Shown: piece after piece, positions 1 to 10,712 of the stretch
How the letters are laid out: each line of letters begins with the position of its first letter
How positions within the stretch are numbered: position 1 is the stretch's first letter
Notes under the pieces: generated by a model
The model's input: only the letters and a program-made list of their open reading frames with translations
What the model was told of the DNA's origin: nothing
Database searches by the model: none
Made by a program: the position numbers and the translations under genes
Origin: Rubripirellula sp.
GTDB lineage: Bacteria > Planctomycetota > Planctomycetia > Pirellulales > Pirellulaceae
Assembly: GCA_965216875.1 (NCBI GenBank)
Contig: OZ244207.1
Coordinates: forward strand, 64,001-128,000
Direction of reading: 5' to 3'
DNA: 64,000 nucleotides

Positions 1-2
1 AC

Positions 3-1295
<1,293 letters not shown>

Positions 1296-1467
1296 CGATT
1301 TATCGACCCCGCCGCGCTGGCGAAAAGTGCACAATGGTCGCTTTGCTTGATCGGTAACTCGCCAGCGCGGTGACGCGTTTCGCAGCGCCCCGAACTGCTT
1401 TGCACTGAGCCTCTGTCCGCTAGTCCACCATTTCCATCGGCTCCCCCATCAACGAGGAATCCACACC

Positions 1468-1860
1468 ATGTCCGACGCCACGCCACGCCAGATACTCGAT
1501 ACGATCGCCTCGGATGGCCGCGTGGATGCTGCCGAAGTCGCACAGCTTCAGCAAAGCTTTGAGTCCGATTGGGTGATCGATCGCGCCGAGGCCGAGTTGC
1601 TATTCGAAATCAACCGCCGTGTTGGCAGCGAAGACAATGCCAAAGAGTGGTCGCAGTTTTTTGTCAACGCGATCACCAAGTTTGTCGTGTTCGACATGGA
1701 GACTCCGGGCGAAGTGGACAACGCCGAAGGCAACTGGCTGGCCGCCATGTTGTCGGACCCCCAAACCGAAACCGAAAACGCGTTGCTGCAAGAGATCAAG
1801 GCCAAGTCGACTTCGATTGGCGGTGGTCTGGCCGACAAACTCTTTGGTTTTGAATCTTAG
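1468..1860 (+). CDS. TerB-like hypothetical protein
   Basis: 130-aa acidic helical ORF with repeated DGxVDxxE-type motifs (DGRVDAAE, DWVIDRAE, GEVDNAE); RBS gagga upstream. Confidence 0.55.
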   Translation: MSDATPRQILDTIASDGRVDAAEVAQLQQSFESDWVIDRAEAELLFEINRRVGSEDNAKEWSQFFVNAITKFVVFDMETPGEVDNAEGNWLAAMLSDPQTETENALLQEIKAKSTSIGGGLADKLFGFES

Positions 1861-1987
1861 GGTTGCTCTCGAGACGGCCCCTCAACATGGCCCAGTGATC
1901 CTCGCTAGAATCTTGGCCACCCTGCCGCGCGGGAAAACCTCGCCGCGCACCACCACTCTCCATTCTTCTTGACGGGAAAACCACAAC

Positions 1988-2830
1988 ATGGATCGCTGGC
2001 CAATCGGAGTCTTTGCATCGGTCGACGCTGGATTGGGCGTTGCTTGGGATGTGATCAAGGAACTTGGCGTCCCCACGATTCAATTGCACGCACCGAGCCC
2101 CGAGAAACGTAACGCAGACTCGGCCGACGCACTCAAAGCACAACTCGAACAGATGGGCGTTCGCTGCACCGCCGTCTTTGGTGGGTTCGATGGCGAAAGC
2201 TATGCCGATATTCCAACGGTCGTGAAAACGGTCGGCTTGGTGCCCGCCGATTCGCGGCAAAGTCGGCTTGGCGAGATGTTCGAAATCGCTGACTTTGCCC
2301 ACCGGCTTGGATGTGACACGGTCGCGTTGCATCTTGGCTTCATCCCACACGACCGAGCAGCCGAAGGCTACGACGACATCGTCGCGGTGACCCAGCAACT
2401 GTGCGATCACTGCAAGTCCAATGGGCAATACCTGCATTTGGAAACGGGGCAAGAAACGGCCGACGGGCTACTCGATTTCATCGCTGCCGTCGGGCGTGAC
2501 AATTTGAAGATCAACTTCGACCCAGCCAACATGATCCTTTACGGCACCGGCCAACCGATCGAAGCGCTCAAAGCAGTTGGCCAACACGTGCGCAGCATTC
2601 ACTGCAAGGATGGAACGTGGAGTGACAAGCCAGGCGAAACGTGGGGCGCCGAAGTGCCCTTGGGCCAAGGAGACGTCGACATGAAGGCCTACCTCGTCGC
2701 CCTCAAAGAGATCGGCTACGACGGGCCACTCACGATCGAACGCGAGATCCCTCAGGACCCTGAGCGGCAAAAGGCAGAGATCGGCCAGGCCATCGAGCTA
2801 CTCACCTCGTTGCGAGCAGAGATTCTGTGA
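1988..2830 (+). CDS. Sugar phosphate isomerase/epimerase (xylose isomerase-like TIM barrel)
   Basis: Metal-binding motifs LETGQE, NFDPAN, HCKD, TIERE. Confidence 0.9.
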   Translation: MDRWPIGVFASVDAGLGVAWDVIKELGVPTIQLHAPSPEKRNADSADALKAQLEQMGVRCTAVFGGFDGESYADIPTVVKTVGLVPADSRQSRLGEMFEIADFAHRLGCDTVALHLGFIPHDRAAEGYDDIVAVTQQLCDHCKSNGQYLHLETGQETADGLLDFIAAVGRDNLKINFDPANMILYGTGQPIEALKAVGQHVRSIHCKDGTWSDKPGETWGAEVPLGQGDVDMKAYLVALKEIGYDGPLTIEREIPQDPERQKAEIGQAIELLTSLRAEIL

Positions 2831-2880
2831 CATTGGTTTCACGGTAGGTCTAGCTCAAAGTGTCATGCATCCGGCTGGCA

Positions 2881-2978
2881 CTCTCCCTTGGGAGAGTCGG
2901 GCTCTCAGGCCCGGTGAGGGGCACGTCGAACGGCCCTCCCCGGGCTTTAGCGCCCGACCCTCCCACAAGTGGGAGGGT
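2881..2978. repeat. Intergenic multi-hairpin palindromic element (CCCTCCC/GGGAGGG type)
   Basis: ctctccc-tt-gggagag-tcgggc..gcccg..gagggg mirrored by ccctccccgggc..gcccga-ccctcccac-aa-gtgggaggg; lies between convergent genes. Confidence 0.7.
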
Positions 2979-3036
2979 AGTTTCTGTTGAAACAGTGCGT
3001 GACATTTAGAGCTAGATTAAGCACTACAAAGAGAAA

Positions 3037-3084
3037 ACGCGGAGCGTTCGATGGGTGCGTTCCCACGCCGGGCGTGGGAACGAG
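3037..3084 (+). repeat. REP-like module C variant
   Basis: acgcggagcgt...gtgcgttcccacgc-cgg-gcgtgggaacgag hairpin; related copy at 53774-53834. Confidence 0.75.
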
Positions 3085-3110
3085 TTTTGCCCGGTTCGTC
3101 GCGCCCCAAG

Positions 3111-3620
3111 CTAACCAACCAACTCTTCGAGACCCTGGTGATCCGCTGGCCGCGGCCCTTGCGGCCAATGGAACTTGCGATCGGTTTCTGCAATCGCAAA
3201 GTCGTTGATGCTTGCTTCGCGGCGGCGCATCAACCCCGACTCGTCGAACTCCCAGTTCTCATTCCCATAGGCTCGGAACCAGTTGCCCGAATCGTCTCGC
3301 CATTCGTATTGAAAACGAACGGCGATACGATTGCCGTGATAGGCCCACAGTTGTTTCACCAAGCGGTAGTCGTGTTCCTTCTGCCACTTGCGAGTCAAGA
3401 ACTCAACAATCTGCTCTCGCCCGGTTAGGAATTCGCCTCGATTGCGCCATTGGCTATCGGGGCTGTAGGCAAGCGACACTTTTTGAGCGTCGCGAGTGTT
3501 CCAAGCGTCCTCTGCCGCCCGCACTTTTGCAATCGCACTTTCACGATCAAAAGGCGGGCGGATATCCGTCGGTTGCGGCGGTCTTACTTCAGTCACCACG
3601 CGTTCTCCAAACACTTTCAA
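3111..3620 (-). CDS. DUF1348 / NTF2-SnoaL-like family protein (true start may be a few codons downstream)
   Basis: [55 protein letters not shown]. Confidence 0.9.
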   Translation of the reverse strand: MKVFGERVVTEVRPPQPTDIRPPFDRESAIAKVRAAEDAWNTRDAQKVSLAYSPDSQWRNRGEFLTGREQIVEFLTRKWQKEHDYRLVKQLWAYHGNRIAVRFQYEWRDDSGNWFRAYGNENWEFDESGLMRRREASINDFAIAETDRKFHWPQGPRPADHQGLEELVG

Positions 3621-3644
3621 TGAGGTAGTGAACAGACGACGGCA

Positions 3645-4211
3645 CTACGCCGAGCATCCCGCATCGCAAGCCGAATGCAATGGCTCGGCGACAGGGAAGT
3701 CGATGTTCGTGTCGGCAACTTGATTGAAGTAGTTTGTGAACAGATTCAATGCGGTGTTGGCGACGATCTCGGTGATTTCGGCATCGCCAACGCTGGCAGA
3801 TCGAACGGCCGCAACCTCTTGATCTGAGACCTGTCCGCGTTTTTCGACCACTTGGACAGCGAAGTTTAGAATCGCGTTCACCTTGGCATCCTCCGAACGC
3901 CCTTGGCGAGCTTCCAGAACTTGGTCGTCGCTCAAGCCAACCATCTTGCCGATGGCCGAATGGGCGCTCAGGCAATAGTTGCAGCCGTTGGCTTCGCCGA
4001 CCGCCAACGCGATCAACTCGCGGGTCTTTGTCGATAACGCGCCACCGGCAAGTGATTCGCTAAGCGTCAAGTACGCCTTCAACGTGGCTGGCGAATGCGC
4101 CATCGTCTTCATCATGTTGGGCGTCATCCCTAGTTTCTTTTGGACACCGTCAAGAAGTTCTTGGCTGGGGCGGCTGGCGTTGGCGTGGTCGACGGGGGCG
4201 AGACGTGTCAT
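3645..4211 (-). CDS. Carboxymuconolactone decarboxylase / AhpD-family peroxidase-related protein
   Basis: RELIALAVGEANGCNYCLSAH (CxxC..H), NLFTNYFN; ATG at 4211 with ggag RBS. Confidence 0.9.
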   Translation of the reverse strand: MTRLAPVDHANASRPSQELLDGVQKKLGMTPNMMKTMAHSPATLKAYLTLSESLAGGALSTKTRELIALAVGEANGCNYCLSAHSAIGKMVGLSDDQVLEARQGRSEDAKVNAILNFAVQVVEKRGQVSDQEVAAVRSASVGDAEITEIVANTALNLFTNYFNQVADTNIDFPVAEPLHSACDAGCSA

Positions 4212-4427
4212 GGCAAAAAGCTCCAAATGCATGGTTAAGTAACCCAACGGCAGACATTGCCGTTTTGGCATTGGGGGCTTAGGCAGCTTCTGTGCCAAAC
4301 CATCTCAAAAACGAAAGCCACGTCGAACACGCGGTTTTTGAATCGATCCCGCCTCGAGCGGACTGACGAAATCTCGCCAATCGCAAAATCGCGGGACCCA
4401 AGCCACGAAATTTCGGGAGCGTGCCAG

Positions 4428-4829
4428 CGTAGGGTGTGTGCTTGCACGCACCAGGACAACCGCGTCGTGAAGACGGTGCGTGCAAGCACACACCCTACGG
4501 AAGTTGAATCCCTCCGTTCCTGCTCCTGCTCGTGCTCGAATAATCCTCAACCAACGACTGCACTTGCAAGGACGGAATCGAGAACGATAACGAGAACCTC
4601 AATGCTAAGAGCAAGCGGCGTGGAACACCGCGTCTTGAGCTTGGTGCGTGCAAGCACACACCCTACGGAAATTGAACCCCTCCGTTCCTGCTCGTGCTCG
4701 AACAATCCTCAACCAGCGACTGCACTTGAAACGACGGAATCGAGAACGATAACGAGAACCTCAATGCTAAGAACAAGCGGCGTGGAACACCGCGTCTTGA
4801 GGTTGGTGCGTGCAAGCACACACCCTACG
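4428..4829. repeat. GTAG-type REP doublet followed by tandemly duplicated 168/162-bp unit
   Basis: Perfect 25-bp inverted pair 4428-4452 / 4475-4499 (cgtagggtgtgtgcttgcacgcacc); identical 25-mers at 4643-4667 and 4805-4829; intervening segments near-identical. Confidence 0.92.
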
Positions 4830-5364
4830 AAGCCTGTTCAATCAGGTCTGCGTGCACTTCCGTCATCGGCAACCAAAAGTCGTTCTTCATTTTGGGATCG
4901 TTGGACCGAACGACGTTTAGGGAGATTTGCAGACGCTTGAGTGCTGTGTCGAATTGGCTCTTGGTGCAATCGAATTCGGCGATTGCCCGCTTGCGCAGTG
5001 GACCGGTGTAATTCGGATCGAGTCGAATCAGCTCGAAGACTTGCTTTGAAAGTGTGTCGAGTTGTTCGGGGCTCTGGTATGCCTTGGGAAAATGCTCTTC
5101 GCGAAAATGCCCCATCTCCATCAAGACCGCGTCGCCTCCCTTCACTTTTCCGTAAAAGACTTTCTCGGGATAGGTTTGCGGGATGCGAGTCTTCCAATCC
5201 CAAACGGCAACCACCTTCGGACTCCATCCTCCCTGTTTGGGTTTCTTTTCAGAAAGCGCGGTGTTGTCCCAAAGCGATGGATAGGGCGAACACTTACTAC
5301 CGAAGACAGTGCAAACTTTTTGTTCGAGCACAAAGCGATAGGCGTCATCAAAGGTCTTGATCAT
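4825..5364 (-). CDS. Hypothetical protein, possibly AlkZ-related winged-helix family
   Basis: 179 aa; SLWD, WDWKTRIP..VFYGK, FDTALKRLQ resemble short AlkZ-related proteins (from memory); stop TAG lies within the REP. Confidence 0.55.
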   Translation of the reverse strand: MIKTFDDAYRFVLEQKVCTVFGSKCSPYPSLWDNTALSEKKPKQGGWSPKVVAVWDWKTRIPQTYPEKVFYGKVKGGDAVLMEMGHFREEHFPKAYQSPEQLDTLSKQVFELIRLDPNYTGPLRKRAIAEFDCTKSQFDTALKRLQISLNVVRSNDPKMKNDFWLPMTEVHADLIEQAS

Positions 5365-5681
5365 ACGGCGCGTTGGCGGCAGTGGCCGGGAAGGGTGGAG
5401 GTCGTGATCCGAAAGTGGATCTCATCTTTTCACTGCCGACACGTTGATGCAATGACCACGCGAACGGCCAACTTGCGCTTCGCCGATTCAGGTTAAACGT
5501 AAGCATGTGGAACGCATCCACAGGACGACGCGAAAAATGGAAAAAACGGATTCGCTTGGGAAAAAACGGCGTTTTTCGGCGGCGAGCCGAAACAACCGAT
5601 CGTTAAGATTGTTTGAACGCCTATGTAAGAATGATCGGCTATTCCACTTCTCTACGGTTTCAACCTCGAATGACAGACACG

Positions 5682-7610
5682 ATGCCGTTTTCCACGTTTC
5701 GTTTTTCGCGTTTTGTGTTGGTCTTGGTCGCCTCCCTATTCGCTCCGTTGACCCTCTCGGCACAACCGCCCGGTTTTGGGCCTCCGGGTGGTGGCGGCGG
5801 TCCGGGCGGTGGTGGTCCAGGTGGAGGGCCCGGCGCGCCAGATGTGGAACTGGTCGAAAAGTTTGATCGCGATGGTGATGGGATCTTGAATCGCGCTGAA
5901 CGTGATGCGGCGCGTGCTTGGTTGTCCGAGAACCAGCCTCAGCGACGCGGCCCCGGACGTGGACCTGGCGGTCCGGGTGGATTTGGTGGTCGAGGCCGTG
6001 GACCAGGCGGCCCGGGCGGTGGACGTCCCGAAGGGACCGAGGGGCCCCGAGTTGAATTGGGTGACGTTGAAGCCAACATCGACGCAGAGCTTTACGATCC
6101 GAGTGTCCTGCGCACGATCTTTCTTGAGTTTGAAAATGAGGATTGGGAACAGGAGCTTGCCGACTTCAAACCGACTGATGTTGAAGTTCCGGCGACGATG
6201 ACCGTCGACGGCAAAACGTACCCGCAAGTGGGTGTCAGTTTTCGCGGCGCTTCGTCATTCTTCATGATTCCTGCTGGCAGCAAACGGTCCTTTAATCTGT
6301 CTGTCGATTTCGTCGACGACGACCAACGCCTTTACGGCTACAAGTCGCTCAACCTGCTCAATTGCAACGGCGACGCCAGCATGATGAGTTCGTATCTGTA
6401 CTGGGACATCGCGAGCAAACGCATCGCGACTCCAAAAGTGAATTTCGTGAGGGTGGTCGTCAACGGACGCAGTTGGGGTGTGTACGCGAACGCACAACAG
6501 TTCAACAAAGACTTTTTGAAAGAGAACTACGATTCCAAGAAGGGGAGTCGCTGGAAGGTTAGCGGCAGTCCCCGCGGCGATGGCGGTTTGCGTTACATGG
6601 GCGATGACGTCGAAGAGTATCGCAGCCGCTACGAAATCAAATCAAAAGACAAGCCAGAGGCCTGGCAAGATCTGATCAATCTGTGCCGAGTGCTGGAGGA
6701 AACGCCTGCGGAAGAACTTGAATCGGCTCTGGCACCGATCTTGGATGTCGACGGTGCGCTTTGGTTTTTGGCCGCCGACGTCGCTTTGATCAACAGTGAC
6801 GGATATTGGACGCGCGCGAGCGACTACAGCATCTATCAAAACGCCGATGGCGTCTTTCATGTTCTGCCGCATGACATGAATGAATCGTTTCGCGCAACGC
6901 GAGGTCGTGGTGGGCCAGGTGGCGGACCAGGCGGTGGACCAGGCGGTGGCCGAGGTGGACCACCCGGTTTCGGTTTTGGTGGTTTCTTCGGCGGTCAACG
7001 TGGTGGACCTCCGCCAAACGAGTTTGACCGCGATCGACGACCACCGCCCCAGCAAGGTGAGCGGCCTGAGCAAGGTGCTGAGCGGCCTGAGCAGCGTGCT
7101 GGGCGGCCTGAGCAGGGTCGTTCCGGGTTGGGGCGTCCTCCACAAGACCGTCCTCCACAAGACCGCCCTCCACAAGACCGCGCCGGTCAGAGGCGTGGCG
7201 ATGAGCGTCAACGGGGACGCGGCGACGATCAACGTGGCCGCGAAGGCGATCGTGGGCGGGGGCAAGGCTCGGGCGGGTTCGAGCTCGATCCACTCGTCGG
7301 TCTTGATAATCCACGCATGCCACTTCGAAGCAAGCTGCTCGCCAACCCAGCGCTCAAGCAACGTTACCTTCAATATGTCAAAGAGATTGCCGACAACTAC
7401 TTGGACTGGGACTACATGGGGCCCAAAGTCAGTGCGGCGACGAGACTGATTTCCGACGAAGTCAAAGCGGATACTCGCAAGTTGATGACTAACGAAGCGT
7501 TCGAACGTGCGACCGACGACGCCAGCGGTTCGCTGCGCACCTTTTGCGATGCTCGAGCGAAGTACCTGCTTAGCCATCCTGCGATTACCGACTTGCCGGA
7601 AAGCAACTAA
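5682..7610 (+). CDS. Secreted CotH kinase family protein with EF-hand and Gly/Pro/Arg-rich inserts (start 5670 or 5682)
   Basis: Signal peptide ..LTLSA-Q; EF-hand DRDGDGILNRAE; VGVSFRGASSF, KRSFNL, WGVYANAQ, NSDGY, PHDMNESF. Confidence 0.88.
   Translation: MPFSTFRFSRFVLVLVASLFAPLTLSAQPPGFGPPGGGGGPGGGGPGGGPGAPDVELVEKFDRDGDGILNRAERDAARAWLSENQPQRRGPGRGPGGPGGFGGRGRGPGGPGGGRPEGTEGPRVELGDVEANIDAELYDPSVLRTIFLEFENEDWEQELADFKPTDVEVPATMTVDGKTYPQVGVSFRGASSFFMIPAGSKRSFNLSVDFVDDDQRLYGYKSLNLLNCNGDASMMSSYLYWDIASKRIATPKVNFVRVVVNGRSWGVYANAQQFNKDFLKENYDSKKGSRWKVSGSPRGDGGLRYMGDDVEEYRSRYEIKSKDKPEAWQDLINLCRVLEETPAEELESALAPILDVDGALWFLAADVALINSDGYWTRASDYSIYQNADGVFHVLPHDMNESFRATRGRGGPGGGPGGGPGGGRGGPPGFGFGGFFGGQRGGPPPNEFDRDRRPPPQQGERPEQGAERPEQRAGRPEQGRSGLGRPPQDRPPQDRPPQDRAGQRRGDERQRGRGDDQRGREGDRGRGQGSGGFELDPLVGLDNPRMPLRSKLLANPALKQRYLQYVKEIADNYLDWDYMGPKVSAATRLISDEVKADTRKLMTNEAFERATDDASGSLRTFCDARAKYLLSHPAITDLPESN
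7059..7178 (+). repeat. In-frame coding tandem repeats (3x21 bp, 3x15 bp)
   Basis: gagcggcctgagcaaggtgct-like units at 7059/7080/7101; cgtcctccacaagac-like units at 7134/7149/7164. Confidence 0.9.
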
Positions 7611-7664
7611 TCCGCGGTCACGTCCAAACTCAGAAACAAGACTGTTCACCAAGTACGAGCTGCA

Positions 7665-8306
7665 ATGGAGTTTTTGGAAGTTCCCCTTTTCGACGATGAT
7701 CTGTACAAGATGCTCGTCCGCTTTGCGATCAATCTGTTGGTCGTGTTGGCGATCACCTTGGGCTGCTATCGCGAGCACCAGAAGGGCGATGGGTACATTT
7801 TCACCTACCTGTTGCTCAACATCATGGTCTTCTTCATTTGCTTTGCGTTGAAGAAACTTGAACTTCAGCTTGGCTTGGCGCTCGGTCTGTTCGCAATCTT
7901 TGCGATCATTCGTTACCGGACCGACACGATCCGCGTCCACGAAATGACCTACCTGTTTGTGGTCGTCGGGATTGCCGTGATCAATGCGCTTTCGAACAAG
8001 AAGACGAGTTACGCGGAACTCGCGGCAACCAACGGGATTGTGATTGTTTCCGCTTACATCCTCGAGAAGGTTTTCGCGTTTGATCGGCCCAAACGAGCGA
8101 AGCAATCGATCATTTACGACAAGCTCGAACTACTCAAACCAGACAACTACGCGTCACTCGTCCAAGACATCGCGGCACGCACCGGTTTGGTTGCTGAGGA
8201 CATCAAGATTGCGAAAATTGATTTGCAAAAGGGATCAGCCACGATCGTCGTCTACTACACACCGCCCGAGGTGGAAGATGATGGCGACGAAGAAGTGATC
8301 CTGTAG
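7665..8306 (+). CDS. DUF4956 domain membrane protein
   Basis: Multiple TM helices; LGLALGLFAIFAIIRYRT..EMTYLF signature. Confidence 0.88.
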   Translation: MEFLEVPLFDDDLYKMLVRFAINLLVVLAITLGCYREHQKGDGYIFTYLLLNIMVFFICFALKKLELQLGLALGLFAIFAIIRYRTDTIRVHEMTYLFVVVGIAVINALSNKKTSYAELAATNGIVIVSAYILEKVFAFDRPKRAKQSIIYDKLELLKPDNYASLVQDIAARTGLVAEDIKIAKIDLQKGSATIVVYYTPPEVEDDGDEEVIL

Positions 8307-8328
8307 ACCCGGTCACCTTGGCGATGGG

Positions 8329-8763
8329 CTAGGGCAGGATCGTACGGTCGACGGTGCTTTGAGCATGGTCGAATCCGTCGTTGGTGTAGGTGATGGTGTA
8401 GGCACCGTACCCCGTCTTGCGACCGCCGCTTCGGATCAACGTTAGCGTCCAAGACTCTGCGAGAGTCTGATCGCCCATTGCTTCAATCGGTTGACAGGCA
8501 AAGTAGGCGGGCGAATTCTTGGCGGTGTCGAGTTTGCTGACCGTATCGGCGAATCGACCGGTCGATTGGCGGTATTGGAGCTGGGCCTCGCGGACACTTT
8601 CCAGGAACTCGAACGCTTCGCACGCCTTGCCACGTTCCTCACGCTCAAGTAGACGCGGGACACCGATCGCAGCCACCAACACGACGAGCAAGCCGACCAT
8701 CTGCGGAAGCTCGAGCACCGAGAAGCCGGCGAATCTGCGTTGGTGGTGGGGATTTGAAATCAT
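8329..8763 (-). CDS. Type IV pilin-like protein with atypical N-terminal helix
   Basis: RRFAG|FSVLEL prepilin site, AAIGVP, then PilE-like helix (EAFEFLESVREAQLQYRQSTGRFA) and ITYTNDG. Confidence 0.7.
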   Translation of the reverse strand: MISNPHHQRRFAGFSVLELPQMVGLLVVLVAAIGVPRLLEREERGKACEAFEFLESVREAQLQYRQSTGRFADTVSKLDTAKNSPAYFACQPIEAMGDQTLAESWTLTLIRSGGRKTGYGAYTITYTNDGFDHAQSTVDRTILP

Positions 8764-9023
8764 CAGTCGGATCGCCGCCTGCCAGGATCGACCAACGGCC
8801 AAACCCAAGTAGACGAAGTTGCTAGCAAATCAGTTGAAAGGGAATTCCTATTCAACGTCTAGCTCTTGGCGGTCGGGATCTTGGCAACGACGGTCAACGG
8901 AAGGGGCCAACTTAGCGCCCTCGATTCGGGTTGGGCCGGTTGTAGGGGCTCGGCGGCTCACCTCTGAGCCGGGACCCGTGAGCCGGGATCACATAAGCGG
9001 CCGGGCTGAGGGTGTGTTTTTTT

Positions 9024-9154
9024 GTGAGCCGTACGCGCTAGCGTCGGGCCTTGCGCTGCACGAATTGCGAACGACTGTCATGCGGAGCATGACCTACGAA
9101 GAGGACGCGGAGCGTCCGGAAGGCGTTACCACGAGGGGCGAGGTAACGAGGGGG
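9024..9154 (+). repeat. Composite REP element (modules A-B-C)
   Basis: gtgagccgtacgcgctagcgtcgggcc - gtcatgcggagcatgacctacg - ggacgcggagcgtcc..cgttacc..ggtaacgag; similar copies at 21556, 49616, 50975. Confidence 0.88.
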
Positions 9155-9467
9155 AGCGTCGGCGTTTCCTGCGCGACTCGGCAGCCTTCCGCGGCTCCAT
9201 TTATTGGCTTTGCTATCAACTCGCTTTTTCGGACTTGGTGTTTTTTTGGGTGTTTCGTTAAACTTCTCCAGCCGCGTACCCGACGTCACGGTGTTTCACT
9301 TCACTTTGATTGAGTGTTTCACCGATGGTTCGTGGCAACAACGAGGTCACACGATGTGACGCGTTGGTGTGAGTCAACACGGTTCGTTCTCCTTGCAAAC
9401 TCCTTTGCAAAGCGCGAACGCATCGAACATGTCGACTCGATCCAACCGACCTGCCAGGAGGGACCCT

Positions 9468-10712
9468 ATGCCAGGCGAATCGTTCCGATTCATTCATGCA
9501 AGCGACTTTCATCTCGAATCACCGTTGGGTGATCTCGATTCGCTGCCACCCCATTTGCGCGACGCGATGGCTGATGCGCCTTGGAACGCTGCCAAGGCGG
9601 TCTTTGACGCGGCTGGCGCCGATAACATTGACTTCCTTGTTCTTTGTGGCGACTTGCTTCAACCACAGACGGCAGGGCCTTATGGCATGTCGGTGTTGTT
9701 GGACCAGTTCGAAAAGCTGAACGAAAAAAAGAAACCGGTCCTCTGGGTTGCTGGCCAATCCGACGATCCCCAGAAGTGGCCCGAAGCGGTGCCGCTTCCA
9801 CCCAACGTCACGCTCTTTCCGAAAAACAAAACGGTCAGCGTTCCGGTTCAACGCGCGGGCCGCACCATTTGCAACGTCGTTGGTCGCAGCAACGACGGCC
9901 GGACAGCGTTGCATGTACCGAGCTACCGCATCGATCCCACGGACGAATACACCGTGGCGCTCGGCTATGGCAGTTCGGACCCCGACGCGCTCGCCGAAGG
10001 CCGCTTTGACTATTGGGCGCTCGGTGGACAACACAACCGCGAAGAACTGGATGGCGGTGCCGAAGCAGGCGCCGTTTACTGTGGTTCGCCCCAGGGTCGT
10101 GACCTGACCGAGTGTGGCGGGCACGGCTATTCCATCGTCGATGTCGATGCTGACCAAACGACTCGCATTCACGCGATCGAAACGGATGCGTTTCGTTATT
10201 GTCACGTTGAGATTGATGCTGCCGAGATTGCGGCGGTCGGCGGGATTCGAAACCTGCTGGGTGAACGGATCGTTCGGCTGCAACATGAAAACGGCGGGCG
10301 TCATCTGCTGATTGGTTGGGACATTTGCGTGGCCAACGGTGAAACGTTGCACGCGATCGGCGATGCCGACGACCTGCTCAAGTGGCTGCGCCGCGAATAC
10401 GGTCATGGCGCTCCGTCCGCTTGGACGGCGCGACTGACCATTCGTCCGCCTCAGCAGTACCCACAATCGTGGCATGACGAAGACACGATCCTTGGCGACT
10501 TTTTGCGAGCGTCGCAGCGTTACCAAAAAGCGGATGGCCGCGACCTGAACCTGTTGCCATTCACGGAAGAAGAAAGCGACATCGCGACGACGATGGCGAC
10601 CTTGTTGGCTGAGATCCCGGCAGCGTGCCGAGGCGAAGTGCTAGACCAAGCGACGCTACTTGGTGTCGAACTGTTGCGAGGCGGGAAGCCCAAACTGGTG
10701 CAAGAGTCATGA
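9468..10712 (+). CDS. YhaO/SbcD/Mre11-like metallophosphoesterase with degenerate active-site motifs
   Basis: FRFIHASDFHL, LCGDLL, FDYWALGGQH, YCGSPQGR; RBS aggagg; ATGA overlap with next gene. Confidence 0.85.
   Translation: MPGESFRFIHASDFHLESPLGDLDSLPPHLRDAMADAPWNAAKAVFDAAGADNIDFLVLCGDLLQPQTAGPYGMSVLLDQFEKLNEKKKPVLWVAGQSDDPQKWPEAVPLPPNVTLFPKNKTVSVPVQRAGRTICNVVGRSNDGRTALHVPSYRIDPTDEYTVALGYGSSDPDALAEGRFDYWALGGQHNREELDGGAEAGAVYCGSPQGRDLTECGGHGYSIVDVDADQTTRIHAIETDAFRYCHVEIDAAEIAAVGGIRNLLGERIVRLQHENGGRHLLIGWDICVANGETLHAIGDADDLLKWLRREYGHGAPSAWTARLTIRPPQQYPQSWHDEDTILGDFLRASQRYQKADGRDLNLLPFTEEESDIATTMATLLAEIPAACRGEVLDQATLLGVELLRGGKPKLVQES

Noticed and set aside
4428..4829. Possible CRISPR array
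   Set aside because: Spacers are ~140 bp and near-identical, one repeat is inverted, and there are no cas genes
4257..4940. 227-aa plus-strand ORF with internal repeat
   Set aside because: Translation of the REP tandem; overlaps a better-supported opposite-strand gene
6642..8105. 487-aa minus-strand ORF
   Set aside because: Antisense shadow of the CotH and DUF4956 genes, no motifs
8819..9313. 164-aa intergenic ORF
   Set aside because: Runs through a REP mosaic and promoter-like T-rich sequence; not protein-like
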